DNA from: Raillietiella orientalis
Lineage: Eukaryota
DNA: 64,000 bases
NCBI GenBank assembly: GCA_036172245.1
Contig: JAYWIR010000035.1
Coordinates: forward strand, 1,054,001 to 1,118,000
Reading direction: 5' to 3'
A program made the position numbers and the translations under genes. The notes beneath the pieces are model-generated. The model was given only the letters and a program-made list of their open reading frames with translations. It had not been told where the DNA came from and did no database searches. How positions within the stretch are numbered: position 1 is the stretch's first letter; every line of letters begins with the position of its first letter. Below, in pieces: positions 1 through 13,683 of the stretch.

Positions 1-1310
1 AGCTGGAAAAACTGCAAAGGAAGACATTATGGGGCAAATATCGCCCAAGAGTTCGTTTGAAACCCCTTTGTCGTCCCAAAGAAGAAGGTGGAACCGGGAT
101 GAAGTCGCTTGCACACTCCATGGCAATCATGGACACGCGACACATCCTGGATATCGCCGAACAATGGGACGACTGGCCGTACGCGGCGCATAGGGCCTAC
201 GCGTTGTTGCTTAACAACTCGAAAGGTCTGATGACTGCGCTGCTAGGCCGAGTAGGGGAGTGGATGACCATCGACCCGACCTGGAGGAGGAAACAACTGC
301 TGGTACGAAAGTACAAGATCAAGATCGTGCCAAGAAGCAGGGAACTCTGGCAACAGGAGTCCATCCTCGTGATCCTTTCGATGCTTCCGGTCCCGGACGA
401 TACCGGAGGATGGATCTACCGGCGGCACAGAGTTACCTTGCAACGAATCCAGGAATGGAGAAAAGGAGGCCACCTACATCATGTTCGTATACTTCGGTAT
501 ATCGAGAAGATGCTAGGTAGGTTCACCCACCGGATCCGCGAAGTGTGGATAAACCACGATGACTTTGCGTGGTCCAGGGTAACCAAAACAAACCTCCGAA
601 GAATGATAAAGGATCAAGATGAAGACACCAGTACCCTCCAGGAAGCGGTCAATCGACACGGAAGCAACAGGATCAACCTGTTGACGATCGGCACGACCCT
701 ATGGAGGAGTGACCTTCCGCCGGACAGCCAGGACAACCTCCTGATGTTTTATCACGGAGGAATCCTGAGCGGGTCCAGACTAAAGTACTTCACAAGAAGA
801 AGAGGAGACGAAGACTGCCCAGCATGTGGAGACACGGATACCAGACTTCACATCCTGACGTGTCCCACATTGCTCCACGACTGGCTGATCCTTGAACGGA
901 TCATTAGAATCACCACCAGTTCCACGATGGAGATCCTAGCCGGGATGTTTCAGGGAGATGGTAATGTTCCCTGTTACAATCCCATGGTGAGGACGACCAT
1001 TGCCCTCTTCATCACTGCCATTCTGGTGCGGTGGTGAAAGATGAGGAAAGCCAGGAGAGCCGCACCTCCGATGGAGATCCTGCAAGGACTCCTGAAGAAG
1101 GAAATCGGCATAAGAAATTGTGGAAGACGAGCAGCCTGGACGTACAGACTCATCCTTAAGAGGATTGAAGACCACGCCCGGGACCAAACACCCTCATACC
1201 CACCCTAAGTGCAGAACTTCAGTGAATCCCAAGGACTTCCAGTGAATACAGAACAAGTAGTGTATTGTATGAATGTGACTGTAGTGTGAATGATATTAAA
1301 AAAAAAAAAA
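1..1310 (+). mobile_element. 3' end of a Tx1/L1-clade non-LTR retrotransposon (post-RT region, zf-RVT, 3' UTR, poly(A)); inactivated copy, cut by the window edge
   Basis: Frame open from base 3: TLWGKYRPRVRLKPLCRPKEEGGTGM matches the L1/Tx1 'FLW.GK.PR...L..PK.EGGLG' motif. CPACGDTDTRLHILTC is the C-terminal zinc motif. The TGA at 1035-1037 looks premature, since the same frame continues to TAA at 1206-1208. A short 3' UTR ends in an A run at ~1298-1310. Confidence 0.9.
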
Positions 1311-2805
1311 TGAAAATAAATTTATCCCACCCCTTGTGGGACTTGGGAAAATCAAAGTTCGCACTTGCAGCGTGGTTTTGGAACAAGAAGCCAAGAGGGA
1401 TTTCATCTCAGCCTTCCTCTCGACTACATTTATTTTCATCCATGCTTCCCACACTATCACATCCCGAACCCTTCCCGCTAAGAGCAACTGTTCCGTGGAC
1501 ATCGCTCCCTGTCTTGCATGCGCCTAGTAGGAAATCACATTCACATCGGATTTATTATATTTTGTTTCAGATGAGTAAACGACCAGGTGCAGACTCGAGA
1601 TAAACCCACAGCATGCTACTCAGAATGCAGTATGGCATGAAAAAGGGGTATGTTTTCCACCAAGCAGAACTTTCCTTTCTTTTTCGATTTTTATGGTTAT
1701 TACTCGTTTACTTCTTTCGTGATAAAATTGAGTCGATGGCGGTCTCATTGCATTACTGTACCGAGTAGCAACAATCTGTATATTCTAAGCAACCAAGATC
1801 TTCCCGTGATCAAAAGGCGAATTTTAAAGCCTGTTCTCGAAACACACGAGTTTTACCCCTTTCTTTCTTTCTTTTTTTTTCAATCCGTTCGCCTCGTCAG
1901 AAGCGCCTGGACTGCTGGATGCTTTATTTTGAGCTCTTTGCACGCTCTTGCGTATTTCATCTTCGGTTTCCTGATTATCTTGAGATTAGCGTTCCATATG
2001 CATCTTTTTGAAAGGAAAAAGAAAGAGCATCCAAACGAACGAAATCGAACAAGGTGGGGTTCCGATGATCTTTCACGGGATGTGTGTCTTCCCATTCTTC
2101 CCGTGAACATTCCAAAGTCCTTCTTTTCGTGTTCGCTTCCGTACTTTTCTTTTCGCTGCTGATTCCAAACCTCCAAATCGTTGAAGTGAGGACGCGCATT
2201 GAAAACCGGATCCAAGCTGGGAACAAAAAAATGGAGATTTTCTTTTATTTAGTGGCTTCCTGGATCTTTTTGCTGTTGTTTGTTTCAACGTCAGTCATCA
2301 CAACGAGGCTTTGACTCACTGGTATCGTGTAAATGTGCGAAAAAGACGAAAGATGGAGATGAACCGCAGTTGCGAGACAGTTCAGGGACTTTCAAGCTTC
2401 TCAGAATTTCTCTTGAGTCCGACTTTCTTACAGCTTTTCTTTTCCAAACGGGTAGGGAGAAAGGTCTGGTTTTTCCATCTTCCGCATCAGTTCATTTGGT
2501 GCCAGTGTTCAGCAACCACTCTGCATGTGTCCATACAACCCAAAAACATGATTAGAAACGAAATTTTCTTCTCATGGGATGGCTTCGGGCGGTGACAGCT
2601 GTCCTGTAAGGTGACATGGATGTAAACGTGAGAGTGTGAGCGTGTCGACGTCTCTTCCTAGGCTCCGCTGCAATGATGAGAGGGGATCCCTGAGAAGGTG
2701 ATTGAAGGCAGAAAGCGGGTGTGAGTGTTTCTTCGCAGCGTCTGGTCTCACACGTCTCACGTACCCTCACACGTCTTGATGGATGGTCCATTGGGAGGCG
2801 GCCGC

Positions 2806-2975
2806 TTTCCTCCCCTACCCTCTCCTGCGTTCCCCCAGCAACCCAAAAGGGCAATCGCCCTTCCTCTTCTTCCTGTTCTTCCTCTTCTCCATTTCCTCCC
2901 CGGCTCCTCTTCCTGCTCCTGTCTGTTTTGATTCTCACTCCTCTCCCCCTCCTTTCGTCTCCTCCTCCTCTTATC
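2806..2975 (+). repeat. Polypyrimidine (CT/CCT/CTT-rich) low-complexity tract
   Basis: Runs such as ttcctcttcttcctgttcttcctcttctccatttcctcccc and ctcctcctcctct. Confidence 0.75.
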
Positions 2976-3149
2976 CACTGAATCCCGGCTACGTGACCAG
3001 GAGTTGCGAGGTGGCTCCCTCTCCCGGAGGGGGCTTGGGAGAGATCGGCATCTCGATAGGGCGGTCCTAGAGCGTGCCGACGTCTCTCCCTTTTCCTCCT
3101 GCCTCCCTCCTTCCCCCCGGGATGAATAGAGTTGCTGGAGAGCGCTGGC

Positions 3150-3560
3150 TCTGGGCCCGAATGTCCCCCCCCCCTTTCTTCCCAGCCTCACTGCATTGCC
3201 GGGCGATGGCGACCGAAAACCCCCGGAGGGGGGTGCGCGGAAGCAAATGAAACCCCGCAATTCGGCAATTCCCCTTCTGGCTTGTGGTGCCCCAGTTCCT
3301 GCTTCCCCTGACCCTGTCAACCCCCGCTGGCTACGCGGCCACGACGACCTACGGGAAGGCGGAGCCGGAACACGCTCGGGGCCGGGATCTGCACCGAGAT
3401 CCCGTTCCCCTGACAACTGCAAAAGCTGCAAACAAACCAACACCGGAAGAGCCTACAAAGCACGATCCATCCGCTTCTACCCAATCTTGCCAGAATTTCT
3501 TGATTCGTCTCGACTTTCACCTCTTAACCAATTTCTTCTGGCATTGGTTGGTCTCTGAGA
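3150..3560 (-). mobile_element. Degenerate gag-like ORF1 (zinc knuckles) of a non-LTR element, possibly R1 clade
   Basis: The minus strand gives LGRSGWIVLCRLFRCWFVCSFCSCQGNG, resembling 'IGW..CR......C..C...GH', followed in shifted frames by GKQELGHHKP and PNCGVSFASAHP. The region is GC-rich and frameshifted. Confidence 0.35.
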
Positions 3561-6500
3561 CTGTTCCTTGTTTGTGTTTGTGAAGGTGAATCGGGAGCAC
3601 ACGAGAATTTGCTTCAGACACCTCTCTCCTATTTCGTGGTGCAGTTTTTTCCTATTTTCCAAGGAACAAATCCAGGGTATAGAGTGGATGTCAGAAGAGA
3701 CGGTCCATTTATAGTCTTTTACCTTTTTTTCTTGCTTCTCTGTACTGTTGACACAGAATCTGAAGAAAGATCCTAAAATGTGGGTGTTACAATGATGAAC
3801 TCACATGTGGAACTTCCCTTTCATAATTTACATATCCACTTCAGAAGTCTGAGATCAAATCCGACGGAATCCTCTTTTTTGTCCACCTTTTTCCCATTAA
3901 CTCATCATCCGTTTGTTCGTTTGTTGGATTAAATTTACGTAATGACACAATGGCAGTAGTCGTTTATCGTTAATCAGCGGTGATGACAAGTAGAGCACTG
4001 AGAAAAAAGTTATGTAAGAATATGTTGACCATTTCTCTTCCAAAACCGTCATTATTTCTAATGGAACAGCCGTCTCAGTGATCAATGCAGTTGAGCACGC
4101 CCTAGTAGTGGTCCAGAGGTAATCGTGACTGATCCAGAGTATTCCTGATCTCGTCGTCCCACGTCCCACGCCCTGACGCAGTCAACTCGAAGCCTGCAAG
4201 CTGGAGGAATCTCATGCATCTTTCAAAAGACATTTGTCTGCATGCATTTGTCGACTCTGTGGGTTCTTTTCATGTTTCCAAAATTTACCCATCTTTGCAA
4301 ATGATCTTGAAAGTTTCTTTCTCACCAAAAGCCTTCTCTTTTGTGGTTAGCTGCCTGGCACTCCGGGGATGAAACCGCTACAATGGTAACCATGGATCAC
4401 CCGCAGACTGAATTCTTGTAAGATAGGAAGAATGTGCTTGCAGAAAGCGAGCCTTATTCCCAGATACACCCCCTCTCCTTATCCTATTCCATCTGTCTTC
4501 CTCTGCCTTCCGGTCAGAGAATATGCGCTCCCGCCAAGGGCTCGAGTATGAATTCGGGTTGGAGCTCAATTCCACTGTAATGAAGAACAAGAATTTTTCT
4601 TGATTCTCTCAATCACCAATTCTGAATAGAAAAGTTACAAAAATCACACATAGCACTTGTGACAAATGCTGCTCGTTTCTATCAGCTTTGTGGTAAGAAA
4701 GAGTTTGAAAGTCCCCTGATTTATTTAAAGACAAGAGGACCGTTTGTTGGTTGCGACTCAGATGTGAAACAGCTATTCTTTCAGAAAGATGAAGCCTTCG
4801 AGAGTCAGTTTCGACTCTATTTGCTAGCCTGCATGAATCTGTTTTCACGGCCGATAAACCTACTTCCGTTTGAAAAGAGTCAGATCAAAAGGAAGGGTTG
4901 CACTGCCGCTGCTTCCAGGATTGATTTGTTTCCCAAGAGATCACCCTGCTTTCGGATTAGGTAATTCATGAGAAATGAATGTCAGGAACTACGATCACCA
5001 AACTCAATGATTAGTACATTCATCAACTTTATTAATTGATAACTTCATCTACAAATACGCATTCTCCTTAATCACTGCTTCAGATTATTCGCCAAATTCA
5101 CTAGCCAGTTGTTTCGTAGACTGAAAGGAAAAGAATTTTCCAAATATTCTCACAAGATCAATATAGACAACAGCAAAAGATCTATAGACAAGGAGGAAAG
5201 CTCTGCATCCCAGCACTTCAAAACACCAGAAATCTCTTTTTCTTCCAGCTTGGCTATTCTTGCAGTAGCTTCAAACCAACTCTGTATATGTCTTCTGTTG
5301 TCTGGAATGCAAATTCTTCTCATTCCGTATTTTCAAATGAATTTCAAGTAAATATGTCAGTTTCTCTCATTTCCGATGAAGAAAACTGGTTCAAAGAAAA
5401 TACATGCATAAATATAATGTTTGAGAAAAATTAAAAGTAAATAATTTTCATATCATGCTTTCATAGAAACTGAAGCATTTTTTTTTTCCAAAACCTTAAA
5501 GGCACACAAGGACATGATAGCTAAGGGAAACCAATTCGGGTTCTGAAAATCACATTAATGAAAGTTATTGAAAACACACCGTAAAAACTTTAATTGAGTG
5601 AACTAAAATTCTAGTGGAATAAAACTAATAGGATATAGAAGCAGGAAGAAAATGCGATCTTTCCACAGTTTCTGTTGATTAATCAATTCTTTTATCAAAC
5701 TGAATAGCTCGATTCAATATTTAGTTTAGTTCATATCATTATTTACGGTTATATAGGACACAAAAGTAATTGTAGCCAATCTGTTTTTGCAAACAGAGCT
5801 TCTTTCGCATGCCACATTATCATATGGGCATCTAATTTTTGCATTAAAAAAATGCATGAATTTTGAAGAAAAGATCCCTAAAATGTTGTCTATAGGAATA
5901 ACTTGATGTTCTTTTAGCTTTCTGCAGCCTTCCTTTTATGTGAATCACTTGCAACTTGCTTAAATAAATTTAAGGATTGACTAAGACGATCGATGATTCG
6001 AAGTAAGCGGTATTCATCAATAAATTAATTTGCGTTGATTTTTCGTATACAATGTACAGAAAATAACATGCATACTTTAATAATCGGATCTACTGAGAAT
6101 TTTTGATAAACTTTGGTAACCATGACTTATTCAAATAAAACTAATGCTCTGTCGGTTTCCAATATCGATCGCAGGATTCGCTTGCGGAATTCCTTGAAAT
6201 TTCAGTCATGATCAGTTTCGAAGACAAATCTGTTTTTCGTACTCTTGGGAGTCCGAGCCGATCATGATCAAATACCAGTGTTTTTCCTGATGTCTATGAT
6301 ACAACACTGAATGCACATTCCTATCATGCATGTTGTCACAGAGCGCATTAAAAAAGAATACATGAATCAAAGACCACGTCAGATGAAAAGGTAACGGAAG
6401 GAAAATGATAGTTACATTAGCAAAGACAAATGCCTGCAGGACAGAGCTTCTCTGCAGTTCTTGTTTCCCATGTAGTTCACTGCCAAGTGAACTAAGATCT

Positions 6501-8399
6501 TCGGAGCTCGCGGCAAAACTTTCGCTGCGGTTTGCACTGATCTTGAGAAAATAAACCAAATGTCAACAAAGCGCTTGCGGTATTGAACATTAAAAAGGGA
6601 AAAAACACCAGCCTGGATTTATCCAAGACATCAAATGTGAAATGACAATAATACACTGCTTCTATTACTTAATTAGGAATTTGTTCCGAACCTCTGTGAT
6701 TGGCGGCGTCAGATCAAACTTTGATAGCTTCTTGAGAAGTTTAGTGGGAGTTTTACCACTGGTAGCCAAAGTTCTCTGACGAAGCAGCTCGTCTTCCATC
6801 CGCCGCTGTATTCTTCTAAGATTAAGCAATCATATTTCAAATAGCAAATCCCAATCTAACTTGGTTATGGTGTCGCTCATTTCGTTGCTCTGACACTTCA
6901 TCAACTTTTGCATCGCCAATCCGTTATGAAGAACGAGTTTGGGGTTGTTGCTCAAGAAAAAAAATTCTTCATCCAAAGACAGCTGCATCATGGTGTCACT
7001 TGAGGAAAAAAAAAACAAAGTGACCATTTAGGGATCTCTCTAGACAATTAGGGGGACCTAAATGTGGTAGCTCTATTTCTGATTAGTTTGCATTTATGTA
7101 TAGTACTCTTAAATGAGGCGACTTCGACGCACATTCTTAGAAAGTGTATGCTTAAACAGACTACCAATCGAGAGTACGTGGTCATCAGTGGCACGTGTTC
7201 TCGGGGGTCAACTCCTCTCGAGGGGGATCATGTAGTTTTAAAATCACGCCCCATCCGTTGTTTTGAGCAGAGGGATGAGAATGCAGCCGTAGCTGGTCAG
7301 CAGATGTCTGAATTCTTAATGCCCTGTTAGCAGTCGCATCAGTTGGTTTTCCATGGAAGTGAATATTCATCGAATCATTTATTGGTGGAAAAGTCGATGA
7401 TTACTAACAGTACGCTGCAGCATAAAAGGGAACGAGAAGTCCTGTAGGATCGGACCCGAGTTCGAAAATGTATTCGTCTGGGAATGAAAAGGAAATACTA
7501 TGCATTCTAGAAAACTGTACTGAAAAAAAAAACGAAAAAACATACAGGATTACCTGATCATCTCTGTATATTGACGTACAATAAGAGACATCTCTTAGGT
7601 TACAAAAATTCGGAATAAGAATCAGGATAAATGATGAATCCCAAAATCACACGGATCCTCGAAAAAAACCATTACATCCGTATCCCATCAGACACTCAAT
7701 ATATGCAACGAGATCTTTTACAATAATCAGAGTACGAAGTACGAATCAATAGAGTACGAAAACATAGCAAAATAAGTGACGTGCATATTTGTAAAGCAAT
7801 TTTTTTGCGAACAACCCTAGCCGTCCAGTTTCAAAAACTCAATGACATAAAAAAAAAAAAAAACAGAGTCCACGTCATTTCCACGTCACTTCGAGATGTG
7901 ACGAGTGTTACATGAAATGATTCAATCATGACTTCTTGATTCCCAGTTTCAAGTATTTCTAGCAAATGGAAAGAATTTTCGAAAATTATGGGGGTGCAGA
8001 TAAGCACGCAGGACTGCATCGGAAGAGTAGCTCAAACGAAATTTATGGGACCCACAGTCGGTCATTCACTGAGACCGATACTAAGATGTAATGAGGCTGA
8101 AACCATGTGTACCGATCTGAATTAAAATTTGGAATCGTCTTAATGGAGAACATACAATTTTCATCACAGAGCCGAAGAAATGAAAAAATTGTCGAAATCT
8201 TCAGATAATCAACTGCTTCAAAAACAAGCATTGCGGAAATACACGACATAAACAGTTATGTGTAGAAATTGATGGATATATATCTTAGATTTCCTCCGGA
8301 GTGAGCACAGGATCTCGATCCAAAACACCGCTTTAGTTGTACAGTACAAAAGTTTCCCCAGATTGCAAACACTGGCATTACATTTGATCGGTCGCAATT

Positions 8400-8700
8400 G
8401 CCTGACGTCTTGGCAGCGTTTTGTCTTGATGATATTTATTCAAATGCCTGATCACATCAAGAAAGATGTTTGCTTCTATCCGTGGTCTCCTGCAATTGTG
8501 GCTTTTAAACTTGTAATTTTCCATAGTTTGCTACACACTTAGAGCAAAATTTGGACTAAGGCTGTAACCCAGGGAAACGGCATTCAGGCAGACTCACTGT
8601 TGGCTCTTATAAATCGTTTTCAACTAAGGGCATGATTTCAGGCAGACTTTCATTAAAGGATTACATGTTGATCATAAGAGTTAATTTGCAATCTAAATCA
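8400..8700 (-). mobile_element. Possible MULE (Mutator-like) transposase remnant
   Basis: Minus-strand fragments TIYKSQQ*VCLNAV and FPGLQP*SKFC resemble the MULE motif 'TIISDQQKGL.NAV..VFP...HRFC'. Heavily decayed. Confidence 0.3.
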
Positions 8701-10549
8701 GTTGCGATATTCGATTCTAGCAATCAATAATACAATCAAATCAATACTTGAAAAACTGAAATTCAGATGTTTTAAAAGTGACACCTGCGTACAAGGCGAG
8801 GAATATATAAACAAAAGGGAACTAAAATCGCAAAATGAAGGAATTTTTTGGTAATTATTCCCTTTAAAAAAATCGAAATCTGCTACAAATATTAATTTCA
8901 AAAACCACTGTTCTTGAGTCGCGTTAATGGAATGGGCAGAATTCGTAGCTTCCAACGCAAGACAAGTGAATGCCTATTAGTTGCTCGCTTACTTGGCTTT
9001 AGAAAAAGTTTCTTTTTCAGCATATGGGAGTTTAAGGTTTAAGCACACATAGAATAAAGGAGAAATCCTATTTCTTCGAACCATTTTGTAATCGAGATTT
9101 TGGGTGACTTTGAAATAATTGAAACCAGTTACCCTTTCAAATCAGGGTGTATATTTTGAAACGAATATTCCAATAATGCATAAAGTAAACATTTCCTTCT
9201 TGTTTAGATGGGAGGTTTCGAACAGCTAAAGAAAAAAAAAATACTTGGTTGTACCTGCTTGAAAGGTATAAAAAGTATTTAAAAAGTAATTGAAATGGTA
9301 TTCACATCACACGGTATTTTTATTTTATGTAACAGTATTTTCCCAACAACATGGCTCGAATTTTTATTTCCGTTTTGAGCTAAATTTATTATAAGCTCAC
9401 TCATGAAAGAAAGTTAAGGCAGAGAGATCGGAAAGCGAACTATCATAAAGGAATTCAAACTATCCACTACTTGCAGGAAATGACACTGTTAATGATCAGG
9501 AACAGTCAGATTAACTGGTTATCATATTTTATTTAATTCACACTTTGAGGCAATTAGAAATATGGTCTTATAGAAGAAATCACAGAAATCATCACTTCCC
9601 CTACTTTCCGAATATTCGCTTCCTGTGCCTCGATTCAACCAAGTTTGGTACCCATGAACGTTACACGTGAAACGCAGAAGTTCCAACAAGGGAGTCCTTT
9701 TCACATTCAATTTGGTAAATTATCGGCTAAATTTGGAAGGATGTTTCTCGATTAATGCGTGGCTGCTGAGAATACTTATACTGAGATACAGGATTCTGAG
9801 GATCTGGCGAATATGATGCCAGAGAATGCCCGAATCTACACTTTGCATTGCCAAATGAGGAAATGACAGAGTTAGCTGCCATTTCCTCATAGCCGGGAAA
9901 GAGCGTGCTCATAAGGGTCTCATATGACTGATGTTCCCCCTACCTCCTCCCCCTCCCAAAATCCTCATCAAAGGATGAGAAGTTAAAGACTTAAGATGAG
10001 ACTTTAGGAAAATTTATCAAGTTCTCGGGTATTTTAGAAATACTGATCAGGTTCAGATTGTGCTACTCAAGGAAGAATGTGGAGCGGAAAACGTGTTACC
10101 AGCTTATTATGCAATTTTATCTGGAAAGCTGCATCAAGAGCCGTAAACATCCGACTCTGCTCATCACCCGTCACGAAAAATTCTGAACTTCAAGGAGATT
10201 CTTGTGACATTGACCTCTCTCATCAAATGGTCTCTGTCTACGTCTAATCGTCCCAGGAGCCTGACTGCGGTCAAGTTAGGTCCACTGCTTTTCAAAAAAT
10301 AGGACACTCAGAAATCGATAACTTCTGAGCTAAGGTGCAAGATAAATAAGGGAGGTGAGGTAAGAAAAAAGAATACTTACAAATGAGTTAGCATAATTTT
10401 GAAGGCGAAGTTTATCTTATTTGCATTATTTCATATAGATTTTTGACCCTCATACTGAGTGAATCATTCACTGTAGGTGGTTTTTTCTGTGTTCCATTAC
10501 TCTCAAACAACGAGGATCTGGATTTCCAGCTTGCATGCAGCTATGCTGT

Positions 10550-10800
10550 GTAGATGGATCAGTTGTTTAAACAAGTTTCATTGAAAAAATTTGAAGGCAC
10601 TTTGATGATCGATCAACAAACCACCAAAGAGAAATCAAAGAGAATGGCTGACCGATCTTTGGCAGCGCCCTACTGTCTAAGAACATTTGTGGAAGAGCAG
10701 TTGAATGAAATGATTTGCAATTATTTGATAAACTTCTTTTGACAGAAAAGTGGAAATCTTGTCAGGTTTAGGTCAAGAGGAATGGACAAATAAAAAACTT
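10550..10800 (+). mobile_element. Possible decayed LINE reverse transcriptase fragment
   Basis: DRSLAAPYCLRTFVEEQLNEMICNYLINFF...LVRFR resembles 'YRPISL....K..E.....QL..YL.....Q.GFR'. Confidence 0.25.
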
Positions 10801-13683
10801 CCCCAAAGGTATTTTTCATTTATTCATCAACTAGAGCATTCAAACACATTTCGAGATAGAGGTAACAGTCGATGGATTAGCTAATTCTTGAAAAACAAAA
10901 AACATTTTTAAAATGAGCACGGAGCACTAGAAAACCACTGTTTGTTTAGAACCTCTTGAACACTGTTTGTTTCTCAAAGAAAAAAAAAAAGCAGTCGACT
11001 ATAAAGATCGTAGACCATATCTAGAAGCGAGTCTAATGGACAGCACAAATAACTGCACGCTTAGTGGCGATTAGCAAAACGTTACTTCGCTACAAGACTT
11101 ACATCCACCAAATCCTTATCTGAATAACAGTTCGTCAGTTTTCTGTTTCTCTCCAAAAATCGCTGTTGTTACTGTTAGTCTTCTACCTCACAGCTTGCTT
11201 GTTCGGTTCTCTTGAAGTATCAGAAGTTTATCTACTTGTGCACTGTTTCAACATTCACTTTGTTCTCTCCTCAATCTCCCCTAGATATTTGCCTATGAGG
11301 TCGCTAACGGCTTATATGCGTAATCCATAGGCGCTTCAGTAAGAATCTCAATGTCCGTGACCCTTATTTGTGATAACAGAGATGCTGAACTGCCTAACAC
11401 AAGAAGGATCTAGAGGCAAGAACAAAAAAATGAGAAAGATGAAGTGGTGTGGAAAGTGAAAATATCCTATCTATTACAGTATGCTGTATTCTAGTGAATC
11501 ATTTATAGAAAAAAATTGAAAGGATTACTTCGGAATGACTATCAATAGCAATGATAACAACAATACAGCTTTCGAACACTGTTACAACTCCCTAAATGAA
11601 GAATCTCAAATTGTAGTCTAGTTTTATATCATAGTGACGAATCGAGCATTGTCAATCATTAAATCATCAAACTTGCTTGAATCAATTTGAAGCTTTTTTG
11701 TCTGCACTTTGAGATGAGCCTTAATGCGATGGAACTGTACACGATCGGTAGAGCAAAGGCAGAATCAGTTTATGATCGTTCAGATATATCTGCATCCTCT
11801 ACCTACAAGTAATTTATTTATCGAGAATAACATCAATGTGTAATATTGCAATTCAGATTCCCAAGGAGCTTCCGTTGGATCCTGAAAATAAAATACTCAT
11901 GTGTATAGTAGAGAATAATTGTCATTGTTATTGTGGGAACAAAACGAGAGGAATTTTCGACCATGAAGAATAAATTGATCCAATTTATCTTGTGCTCTAA
12001 TAAGTCAGTGTCTGCATTTCTGAGTATTCTGTAATGTGCTGAATGGCAAATAAAAATCATAGAACTGAAATAAACATAAGAACGATGATGATCGATATAT
12101 TAATTATGATGTCATATGTGAAAAAGGTTCGATCCAAATTGAGGAGCAATTTTGAGTTGTTGAGATGTCAGTTTTGTACTCTGTAGCTACTGTTTATTGT
12201 ATTTATTTATTTTCTAAATATAATAAGGAGTATACGATTTCTCATAAAAAAATTCACATCATTTCAGATTGTTTATTAATTACAAGTCAAGACTAAGGCT
12301 GTCAGCTGTTTCTTGAGGGAGTAGAAAATAATGAGGAAACTATTGTTTGAGGAATAATAAAAACCATATGTAAGATAAGAGAAAATCATTCCTGTTTGGA
12401 TAAGCATTTTCAAGATCAAAATCTGTTATATAGTACCAAAATACAGATTCGGCATGAAAATACAGATTATTCCATACAAGAAATTATTCTTTGATAATTT
12501 ATATCTGAATGGACACCATACTTTGTGTTTCAAAAAAAATCAAAATCCACGTTTTTTTTAAGGAAACTGTGTTCAGTCTCACATACGTGATCTGAAATGC
12601 TTTTCGAAATTATTGATACTTTAAATTATGTTTGTAATATGATGTATCTGTTCTCTCCAAAAAGTATAGTTAAGTCGGAAGACTATGAATGCAAATATGA
12701 ACTGTCAGCCTGAAATCGAGTATCCCAAATGAATGTCAATCCAAATGTTTGAGCAAAATTTACAATCAAATACCTTATTGTTCCAAATTCTGATGGAATT
12801 ACTACATGAAGTGCTTCTCAATAAATTTTGTTCTGTACATGATTTTCAAAATTGAATATAAAATCACAGCGAAAGCAGTACATCATAATTAGTACCAGAT
12901 GATTGCTTATGTGGTATAGAGCACATTCACTGCATCGTACTGTTTGCGATGAGTAAATAATCAAAGAAGAAAAGAACTCTTCATCGGATGGCATACTTAA
13001 AAAAAAACGGGAAAATTAACAACCGCTGCGAAAAACACAAAAAACACACAAAAAAGCAAAAGACAAATGCTTTTAGCTTATTCCCTTTTTATCAAGTCAA
13101 GAGATTGTCAAGAGTTTATTTTGTTTATTTATTAGCAAGAAATTTTCAGCTTTTTTAAAACGTATTAAAAAGTTGAAATTTACTTTTGGTTATGGTTTTT
13201 GTTTTGGTTTTCAACGTTTAATTTGTTTTAGACAGGAAATTGGGAGCTGCAAAACGAACGTTATTTTTGTGGACTTTAAACGAGTCCACAAAAATAACGG
13301 TCGTTTTGAACGAGGGAACTTCAAAATTCTTTGCAGTGTTAGCTGACTGCGGTCAAACGATATTTCAAACCTGCCAGTGTTTATTTTGTGCTAACTGTGC
13401 ATGTTCATATTTGCTGCCTGTTTTTGCATATGTGTTAAACTTGTGGAATCCATGAACCTGAATGTATTTCCGAGAACTTTGTTTTGATTATATTAGGTGT
13501 ACATTTTAAACAATTATTCGATTATTATTCCTTGACTACATAAGCTTCGAATATTAATTCAATTAATGCATTGTTGATTCAATTTTTACTCCGTTTGAAT
13601 TTTCAGTTTTAAATATCCACATCTTTTATTATTTTAGCATTCCCTTATGACTTTTGTAAACATGTTAATATAGATTTGCTACA

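Noticed and set aside
6200..7030. Decayed coding-like sequence on the minus strand
   Set aside because: Could not be assigned to any family by eye.
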